From a virus: a DNA stretch of 64,000 nucleotides. This document shows positions 56,612 to 64,000 of the stretch, piece by piece (position 1 is the stretch's first letter; each line of letters begins with the position of its first letter). Below the pieces are notes generated by a model. It was not told the origin of the DNA. It searched no databases and was given only the letters and a program-made list of their open reading frames with translations. The translations under genes were made by a program, and so were the position numbers. The DNA is taken from IMG/VR virus record IMGVR_UViG_3300046028_005224, positions 27,435 through 91,434 of that record; one strand, 5' to 3'.

Positions 56612-56878
56612 TTACTGGGTAAATCCTACTTTTGCAACTTGAACCGTACCACCTAAAACATGAATTAAATCACTAGCTGTTTTTTCAATAACTTCGGAAG
56701 TGTTGTTTAGCATTGTAATAGAACCAATTCCAGAATATGTAGAATTTCTTATTACAACTACAACAGAACCACCAGAAGCATTAACAACTCTAACGAGAGT
56801 TGCACTTCCAACAGTAGTGCTATTACCAATTCCTGTGGCTAAATTAGCCTCATTACCTTTTACCTTTAACCTATACAT
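56612..56878 (-). CDS. Small head-region structural protein
   Basis: MYRLKVKG...AKVGFTQ between gp20 and gp21. Confidence 0.75.
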   Translation of the reverse strand: MYRLKVKGNEANLATGIGNSTTVGSATLVRVVNASGGSVVVVIRNSTYSGIGSITMLNNTSEVIEKTASDLIHVLGGTVQVAKVGFTQ

Positions 56879-57047
56879 CTTGATCCTCGGTTTCCATAGT
56901 TGGGTCAAACATTTGAGCACCAATGACAGGCTTTAACTCATCAATCATTGAAACGCTTTTTTGATAAAGCAGTTGCTTGATTGCATCAGTAAGTTCCGCA
57001 GCTGGTGCGTCGGACATCACCATCCCAATAAAATCATTTGTTTCCAT
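56871..57047 (-). CDS. Small acidic prohead core protein (gp67-like; not in the ORF track)
   Basis: METNDFIGMVMSDAPAAELTDAIKQLLYQKS..., 58 aa after TATAAATA. Confidence 0.75.
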   Translation of the reverse strand: METNDFIGMVMSDAPAAELTDAIKQLLYQKSVSMIDELKPVIGAQMFDPTMETEDQDV

Positions 57048-57074
57048 GAAATTACTTATAAAATCTTATATTAT

Positions 57075-58817
57075 TTATAGTTTGTTGGTTTTCTTAGTAT
57101 CTACTTTGTCCGCTTCTGGTGCTTTTACGTTTGCTGCTTTTTCACTAGGTTGCGGATCTTTAACAGGTTTCCCTAACCCAATCTCAAGATCTTTTGCATT
57201 TTGCTTTTGAGTTTTCTTAATAAGATCCTGACCTGTTTTTTGAACATAATCAGTTGGCATTCCAGTTTCAAGATCGGTTGGTTGAGTAGGTGGTGGAATA
57301 ATACCTGTGTTAAGTTCATCCGCAATTTGGAAATCAATTTCGATCATTTCCTCTTCGGTCTGGCGTAAGATCTTTCTTCTTACATACTCATTAGAATAAT
57401 ATTTTCCAACATAAGGCTCTACTTGCTGAAGAAGAGAAATTCTTTCATTCATTAATTCTGTTTCTTTTAGTTCAGCAAAATGATTGTCGTAAACATAATC
57501 ATATTGAATGTGATCACTCATCCATTCCCAATCTTGTGGAGTGATGATATTTTTAAGAACTAATTGAGTCTTTAGTAGATCATGGAATACATTGCTAAAT
57601 CTTTTACGCAATCTCCCTACAAATCTAGAGAACATGATTTCATCTCTAAGAATTTCAGAAGATCTTCCTAAATTAAATCCACCGTCTGCAGCAATTCTAG
57701 ATTCAGGAATACCTAAGGAACGATAAAGTTTCTTTTGGAAGTATTCAATATCTGCAAGTTCTCCAAGATTCTGTCCACCAGGAAGAGTGGTGATTTCAGT
57801 TCCACGACCACCTTCTCTACGAGGTAGCCAGAAATCTTCCATCATACTGGTAAACTTTTTATCATCACGAACTTCACCAGTTGATGCATCATAGACAAGT
57901 TTATTTCTATAACGCGACATTACATCACGAAGATATTGTTCCGCCTTGATTTTAGGAAGATTACCTACATCGATGTAGAAAATTCTACGCTCTGGAGCAC
58001 GAGACAATCTGTAAATAACCAGAGAATCTTCAATCATACGAAGTTGATTGAGAGACTTGATTGCTTTATGTAAGTATGATAAAACAGTCATCTTGTTACG
58101 ATCAACAAGACCCGAAGTAATATAAGTTACGGAATCTTTCGCTAACTTAACACCTTTACCATATCCACTAGCGCCAGTTGAATATCCTTGACTCTTAGGA
58201 GTATAAACAAAATACTCTTCTATATCGGGAAAGTCTAACTTTTCAACACCAATCTCTCTAGAAAGAGTGTTGACATTTTGAATGTCAACAATATTACGGT
58301 TATCTTTTTTCTTTAATTCTCTTACAAATTTAATTTTAAGTGAATCAATATATCTAATTTCTTGAATACCATTTTGAGGATTCTCAAGATCAATTACTTT
58401 ATGGTAAAATACACGACCATCAACGTACCAATTTCTAAAAATTTCATGAGCTTTTTTATCAAAGTCCATCAATTCTTTGATGTACTTGAACTCATCACGA
58501 ATGATATTTTTAATATTATCGTCTACATTCAAGTTTGATAATTCAATTTCTACAGGAGAATCATTTAAGTCTGATACAATAGCTTCGTTTACAACATCTT
58601 CAATAGCTTTGTCTGCTTCAGGATGCAAAGCCATTTCACGATATCTTTTAATCAAATCATACTCGGTTTTATATACACCTTCAATATCTACATATTGACC
58701 ATAAAAGCCTGAAGAAATGTAGTAGTCAACCCCGTCCTCATTATTAGGAGGAACGGGGGATACTTGCTTCTTAGGCTTTTTATAACCGTCATCAATTGAA
58801 AAACCAAACAGAGCCAT
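57075..58817 (-). CDS. gp20: Portal vertex protein
   Basis: RAPERRIFYIDVGNLP and EDFWLPRREGGRGTEI motifs. Confidence 0.98.
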   Translation of the reverse strand: MALFGFSIDDGYKKPKKQVSPVPPNNEDGVDYYISSGFYGQYVDIEGVYKTEYDLIKRYREMALHPEADKAIEDVVNEAIVSDLNDSPVEIELSNLNVDDNIKNIIRDEFKYIKELMDFDKKAHEIFRNWYVDGRVFYHKVIDLENPQNGIQEIRYIDSLKIKFVRELKKKDNRNIVDIQNVNTLSREIGVEKLDFPDIEEYFVYTPKSQGYSTGASGYGKGVKLAKDSVTYITSGLVDRNKMTVLSYLHKAIKSLNQLRMIEDSLVIYRLSRAPERRIFYIDVGNLPKIKAEQYLRDVMSRYRNKLVYDASTGEVRDDKKFTSMMEDFWLPRREGGRGTEITTLPGGQNLGELADIEYFQKKLYRSLGIPESRIAADGGFNLGRSSEILRDEIMFSRFVGRLRKRFSNVFHDLLKTQLVLKNIITPQDWEWMSDHIQYDYVYDNHFAELKETELMNERISLLQQVEPYVGKYYSNEYVRRKILRQTEEEMIEIDFQIADELNTGIIPPPTQPTDLETGMPTDYVQKTGQDLIKKTQKQNAKDLEIGLGKPVKDPQPSEKAANVKAPEADKVDTKKTNKL

Positions 58818-58846
58818 TACGTTTTGAAGTAACTTTTAACTATTTA

Positions 58847-59479
58847 TTATCTTACTTCAACGCCGTTTGAACCATTATATGCTTCCCACCATTGAACTTG
58901 GAAGTCAACTTGGAATTCTTCAATCTGGCTGTTTGCATCATATGACAATGCAATAGCTGAAACTGAAGATGGGAAAATGCCATGGAAATTGTAGTATCTC
59001 AGAACGGGGATATTCTGAGCACTTGCAGTAGCAGCGGTTGTAGGTGCTCTACCTAACTGATAAACTTTACCATCAACTTGATAAGCTGAAGGATCAATTT
59101 GACCCGAGTTATCAGAAACTCTGTTGATGAAGTTCATCCAACGCTCAAAAGAATTTCTAAGAGCAAAGTCTGTGTCATTAATAACTGTTACTGACCATGG
59201 TTCAAAGGTTCTGTCTCCAGCAATTTGAAGAGTTCTACCTCTGAAAGGAACTGGGATTGGGGTAATCGTTGAAGCTGGTAATGAGGCAGCTTTTACAAGG
59301 AATCTAACCTTGTCGTTGATCTGGGACTCATTAACTCCATTAGGAAGAGCTGCTGCTGGAAAAGGAATTTCAACCTCAAATAGATTTGGGCGAACACCAC
59401 CACCTGCTAGTCTTCCCTTGAAGTTATCTAGAAATCTTCCGTCAGATCCTGAATTTGGGATTTGTTGAATCGAAGGCAT
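58847..59479 (-). CDS. gp19: Tail tube protein
   Basis: RPNLFEV and FRGR...AGDRTF motifs. Confidence 0.96.
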   Translation of the reverse strand: MPSIQQIPNSGSDGRFLDNFKGRLAGGGVRPNLFEVEIPFPAAALPNGVNESQINDKVRFLVKAASLPASTITPIPVPFRGRTLQIAGDRTFEPWSVTVINDTDFALRNSFERWMNFINRVSDNSGQIDPSAYQVDGKVYQLGRAPTTAATASAQNIPVLRYYNFHGIFPSSVSAIALSYDANSQIEEFQVDFQVQWWEAYNGSNGVEVR

Positions 59480-59514
59480 TGTTCTTTAACTCCGTTGTTG
59501 TACTATTATTTAAA

Positions 59515-61890
59515 TCAAACTCTTCCAACTACTTCTTCAAAGCTGATACCAGTTCTGGTAGCAACGAAGGTAAGTCCGATGTAATTAATGCTACGAGCAG
59601 GTTTTACAAAAATATCAGCTCTGAACTCATTAGCATCAATAATATCAGGAGTATTGTTTGTCTCATCACAAATCAGTCTATAATCAATGATTCCTCTCTT
59701 GGCAACTACATCACGGAGGTATGGCTCAACAATATTCACAAAGTTTGATCTTGTGATCTCATCGTTGAATTCAAAGAGTTGAGTTCTAGCAGCTCTTTCA
59801 ATTGCAGCCTCAATGGTTAGGAATAGCATTCTAACGTTGATTCTATCAAATGCAGATGCATATGATAGACCAGTTTTATCTCCAAAAAGGATAATACCAG
59901 ATCCAGGAGAGAAGATGACTGGATTGATTCTCTTGACATAGAGAAGATCTCTTTGTGCTTGAGTTGGGTTATATGCAAGCTTAACAGCGTTGTTAATAAC
60001 ACCTCTTCTAGAACCAGCAGGTGAGAACCAAGGATAGTCGGTAATTACCGTTCTACAAAGGCAACCTGCAACATCAGCGTTTAGAGGAATATATCTAAAC
60101 TTATTTGCAAATCTGTCGTACTGATACTTGTAACCACTATCAAAAATACCATAAGACGAAGAAGTGATTGCATCATAGAAGTTAATAATATTGTTAGTTT
60201 GAGTGCCAGAATCAGCTACATCAACAACTGCAGATCTGTGTGGAGAAATAACAGCAACACAGTCCTTTCTAAGTTCGGCAATGTTGATAAGTTGATTTGC
60301 CTTGGCTTGAGTGGTAAGCTTATCCGAGAAACCAGGACCCATGATTAGGTAGTTTACTGGATATTCCTTAACAGTCTCAAAGATTCTATATCCATTCATT
60401 AAATCACCAAGGGTGACTGAGTATCTTGGATCTGTATAAGCAGAGGAGATACCAGAAGTACCGTAGGTGTTACCGCCGAGGAGAGTATAGCTCTTAGCTC
60501 CAGCAGCATTGAATGTTACTCCTTGTGCCTTCTGACCCCAAGCACCACCAGTAGTGCCACCAAAACCAGTTGCAGAACCTGCAGAATCAGCACCAGCATA
60601 AATGTATCCTGAACTTAGTGCAATATAATCCTTGTAGTAGATGTTCTGGCTTGGGGAAAGCTGAGCATCAGATGCCTTAGATAAACCAATGTGCTTCTCA
60701 AGGATATTTCCAGCAATTCCAGTTACCGAACCACTATCATCAACAACGACAACATGAATTTCGTCGTTCTTGGCGCTTCTGCTATTAGCGTAGGTTGAAG
60801 TTCCTGGCTTAGGAGCAATCGAATTCCAGTAAACAGTTGAATTTACTAATCCAAGACTTTGCTGGTTGTACCAATCAAGAGCAGTGGCAGTACTTGTTCC
60901 AGTTGTACCAATTCCAATGAATCCATTAACGGTAGTTGCATTAAATGCATAAAGATCTGGAGTATAAGTTACTGCAGTTTCTACTTGAGTTGTGCTGTTA
61001 ACAACACTGGTAATTTTAACATCAATGTGAGTGTTGCCGATACCAGTAACAATGCCTTTTACAAAACCAGTAAATGCGGTTGTAGTTCCTACACCAGCAA
61101 CTGCAAATGTACCAATTTGCGTTACAGCAGCTCCAACTGTTACCGCTGAATATAATTGAGTAGTTGTGGTGGTTCTACTAAACGTTAAATCAGTAGTAGC
61201 AGCCCCTACTGCGGAAGAAGGAACTGAAAGATATACAGTACCAACACCGATTGCAAGAATTGTGGTCCCTGCACCGATATAAGTTCCTGAAACTGCATCA
61301 TTAACAAGTAATCCAGTGGTGTCAACACCAACGCTAACATCATATGCTTCGCTAAAGGTTCCTGCAGTTGTTGCAACACCAACAGTAATAGCAGTGGTTG
61401 CTGTAGAAATGCCAGTGTTTACACCGATAAGTCTTTGATCTGCAAAAGCATCAATAACACAAACTTTTAATCCGTTTGCCCAAACACCTGGATCTTTTGC
61501 TGCCCAGTGCCAGGTTGATGGTGAAGAGTAGTTTGTGGTATAATCTTCGTAGTTCTTGATCTTAACAGTTGTAGATCCAAGACCTACAGCTGTTGGTGCG
61601 TTTGCGTTGTTTAAGTTTGCTCCGTCAGCTCTGACTACACGCAATACGCCACCATAAGTTAAATAGTTTGATGCACTATACCAATATTCGTACTGATTAT
61701 CATTTTCGCTTGGCTTACCAAACTTATTAATTAAATCTTTTTCGCTCTCAACTAATGTGGCTTCCTCCACAGGACCTCTTTCAAAAGGTCCAACAAAAGC
61801 ACCAGTTAATTGACTTACGGAATCAATCCTTCCAACAGTTAGATCTACTTCTCTAACTTTAATTCCAGGTGAAACTAAACCTAAAGCCAT
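59515..61890 (-). CDS. gp18: Tail sheath protein
   Basis: SPGIKVREVDLT, PWFSPAG, FDRINVR and KPARSIN motifs. Confidence 0.97.
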   Translation of the reverse strand: MALGLVSPGIKVREVDLTVGRIDSVSQLTGAFVGPFERGPVEEATLVESEKDLINKFGKPSENDNQYEYWYSASNYLTYGGVLRVVRADGANLNNANAPTAVGLGSTTVKIKNYEDYTTNYSSPSTWHWAAKDPGVWANGLKVCVIDAFADQRLIGVNTGISTATTAITVGVATTAGTFSEAYDVSVGVDTTGLLVNDAVSGTYIGAGTTILAIGVGTVYLSVPSSAVGAATTDLTFSRTTTTTQLYSAVTVGAAVTQIGTFAVAGVGTTTAFTGFVKGIVTGIGNTHIDVKITSVVNSTTQVETAVTYTPDLYAFNATTVNGFIGIGTTGTSTATALDWYNQQSLGLVNSTVYWNSIAPKPGTSTYANSRSAKNDEIHVVVVDDSGSVTGIAGNILEKHIGLSKASDAQLSPSQNIYYKDYIALSSGYIYAGADSAGSATGFGGTTGGAWGQKAQGVTFNAAGAKSYTLLGGNTYGTSGISSAYTDPRYSVTLGDLMNGYRIFETVKEYPVNYLIMGPGFSDKLTTQAKANQLINIAELRKDCVAVISPHRSAVVDVADSGTQTNNIINFYDAITSSSYGIFDSGYKYQYDRFANKFRYIPLNADVAGCLCRTVITDYPWFSPAGSRRGVINNAVKLAYNPTQAQRDLLYVKRINPVIFSPGSGIILFGDKTGLSYASAFDRINVRMLFLTIEAAIERAARTQLFEFNDEITRSNFVNIVEPYLRDVVAKRGIIDYRLICDETNNTPDIIDANEFRADIFVKPARSINYIGLTFVATRTGISFEEVVGRV

Positions 61891-61948
61891 TTGGATTCCT
61901 CTAGTAGTTCTTCATTTGCTCTATGAAATATTTATAAATTCCTTCTTC

Positions 61949-63646
61949 TTACCGATAGTCCCACATGTAAGACTTATCCCCATACTCGTCTACATGCCAT
62001 TTATCATCCCAAGCCTTTTGGTCTTTTTGACTAGCAAATAACCAACGATCTCCAGTTTCCTCTTCTACAAAACCTGTGAGGTCTTCCAAACCGTCCACAA
62101 TAAATCCAAATGGAGCCATATCTTGCTCAATTTGGTTTTTCTGTTCCTCATAAATTCTTTTACGAACATCATTGTCTGTCATCTCCTTGAAATAAGGTTG
62201 AACAACTAACCATGCAAATATAACCAAACACATTGCTAAGTCATCATTACATCCTTCTTCAGCTTCAAAAGATTGATTTCTTTGGATAAATGTGGTAAGC
62301 TCACTGATAACATCATAATCCGAAAAGATTAGTTTATCATCTTCAATTAATGTTTTTAAATTAGAGCATCCAACTTTTTTAACAGTCTTACTCATCTTCA
62401 ATCCCAACTGAGATTTTGTACCAGAAAATCCCTGACCCACAATCTGACCAGCTCTACCTCTCATAGCAACCATAAGAAGGTTATCATACTCAAGATCAAA
62501 TTGTAGGATTGAAGCAACCTGATCACCAACGTCGTTGGTTTCAATCAACACGTATGCTTTATTATATGCCACTGCTACCTGCTCAATAATGCTTGGAAAT
62601 AGCATTGGTTTGATTTCGTTATTTCGATATTTTGCTACAATCTTATATGGAAAAGTTGTTATATCAAAAACAACAAATGCAGAATAATCGTGCGATACCC
62701 CTCTAGCAACGTCCGCAGTTAAGATATAACTATTACCTTCTATAGCTTCTTGATATACGTCCAATCCCTTATTTGTTTTAATCGGATCTTCATATACCAA
62801 AGACTTTAACTTTGATGCTGATATTAATGTATCAACAGATCCTAAAAATTCGCACTCAAATTCTTGAGAGAACTGTTGTTTCGATGTGTTTGCAATAGTT
62901 TGCTCTTTCCATTCAGCATCACGACCAGGGACTTCTGACCAGTGAACTTCGGTCGTTACATACTGGTTTCTACCACGCTCAGCGTCATGCCAAAGACGGT
63001 AAAAATGATTCATACCCTTGGGGGTAGAAACAATAATTACTTTAGTTGATGTACCAGATGAAATTGTAGGATATACTGAACTAAAGAAGTCATCAGCAAT
63101 GTGATTTGGAATGAACGCAAATTCGTCCAAGAAGATAATGTTGAATGACATTCCTCGGACGGCAGAACTAGACGTAGATGCTGCCATGATTTTGGAGCCA
63201 TTTTCTAAAGTTAGGCTTCCTCGGTTCCATGCAATAATGCCTTGCTGCATCCACTTAGGAAGATTCTCATACGCTGTTTGCAATCTTTCTAATAACTCTC
63301 TTGCAGTTGATGCTTTGTTTGCTAAAATACCAATGTTAACATTGTCGTTAAAAACTGCATAATGTAACAAATAAGAAACCACAGTTGTAGACTTACCAGT
63401 CTGACGAGGCATCTTACAAATATTAAATCTATTATTATGGAAATTTCTAATTAACTTCTCTTGGAAAGCATACATATCAAAAGGTATTAAACCTTTATCA
63501 ACGTTTACAATTCTGACATAATTTTGTGCAAAATATACAGGATCTTGTTTACATTTAATAAACTCTTCAATTTGCTCAGCGGTAAACTCAATAGGTGTAT
63601 TAGCCTTTTTTAAATTAGGATTACCAAGATAAATGTTATCACTCAT
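61949..63646 (-). CDS. gp17: Terminase large subunit
   Basis: PRQTGKST, LDEFAF, STPKG and DDLAM motifs. Confidence 0.98.
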   Translation of the reverse strand: MSDNIYLGNPNLKKANTPIEFTAEQIEEFIKCKQDPVYFAQNYVRIVNVDKGLIPFDMYAFQEKLIRNFHNNRFNICKMPRQTGKSTTVVSYLLHYAVFNDNVNIGILANKASTARELLERLQTAYENLPKWMQQGIIAWNRGSLTLENGSKIMAASTSSSAVRGMSFNIIFLDEFAFIPNHIADDFFSSVYPTISSGTSTKVIIVSTPKGMNHFYRLWHDAERGRNQYVTTEVHWSEVPGRDAEWKEQTIANTSKQQFSQEFECEFLGSVDTLISASKLKSLVYEDPIKTNKGLDVYQEAIEGNSYILTADVARGVSHDYSAFVVFDITTFPYKIVAKYRNNEIKPMLFPSIIEQVAVAYNKAYVLIETNDVGDQVASILQFDLEYDNLLMVAMRGRAGQIVGQGFSGTKSQLGLKMSKTVKKVGCSNLKTLIEDDKLIFSDYDVISELTTFIQRNQSFEAEEGCNDDLAMCLVIFAWLVVQPYFKEMTDNDVRKRIYEEQKNQIEQDMAPFGFIVDGLEDLTGFVEEETGDRWLFASQKDQKAWDDKWHVDEYGDKSYMWDYR

Positions 63647-63651
63647 AAAAA

Positions 63652-64000
63652 TTACCTTTGTTCAATCCAGTTTAGAACCGCAAGTGCTTTTTTGTTAGTA
63701 TTGGGACTTGCACAAACAAGTGTATAAGTATCACTAATTGTTCCAATGCCACTTCTACCTAACTGAAGTGCTGCTCTAACATCAAGATCAACTAACGCAC
63801 CACTGCCATTAATTACAAAACCACTCAAAAGATCGTCTCCACCAGATACTGCAGTTTGAGTAATATTATACTGCATAAAAGAGTTTGGATCGGGATGATT
63901 TACCCAAGTTCCTCCAGTCAGTGTTGCATTTTGTAGAAGTTGCCAATAAACATTCGTATTATCATCAGTTGCTGCCTGTAATGATCTCAAGAGCACTCCT
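63652..64000 (-). CDS. C-terminal part of a hypothetical protein (starts beyond the window)
   Basis: Frame open to the window end. Confidence 0.65.
   Translation of the reverse strand, partial: GVLLRSLQAATDDNTNVYWQLLQNATLTGGTWVNHPDPNSFMQYNITQTAVSGGDDLLSGFVINGSGALVDLDVRAALQLGRSGIGTISDTYTLVCASPNTNKKALAVLNWIEQR

Overview
This 64 kb window comes from a T4-like cyanomyovirus, most plausibly a freshwater Synechococcus/Cyanobium phage (inference from hli genes, a cyanobacterial porin and GIGT-rich structural proteins). All but one gene lie on the minus strand. From the right end it holds: terminase, tail and head genes (gp17-gp23, gp3); uvsY/uvsW, gp55, gp47/46; a vWA-peptidase plus MoxR AAA (cobS-like) pair; the replisome (gp45/44/62, regA, hsp20, gp43, uvsX, gp41, mazG, gp61); and nrdAB. 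The accessory left 20 kb holds a glutamine-riboswitch/DUF4278 locus, a tail-type lysozyme, a SomA/B-like porin, nine tRNAs, a manA-like RNA, a 10-gene glycan-synthesis cluster, two hli genes, a C39-like peptidase and a GH24 endolysin. Seven AT-rich 2OG-Fe(II) oxygenase-like genes are scattered singly through the window. The most striking signal is at 19038-19590: an NtcA box and sigma70 promoter precede two glutamine (glnA-type) aptamers that appear nested, with a 50-codon ORF starting and ending inside aptamer helices, followed by two small peptides. Other leads are several unannotated structured RNAs, a probably head-packaged nucleotidyltransferase and a perfect antisense promoter facing the late operon. 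All family calls come from motif recognition by eye; no searches were run.
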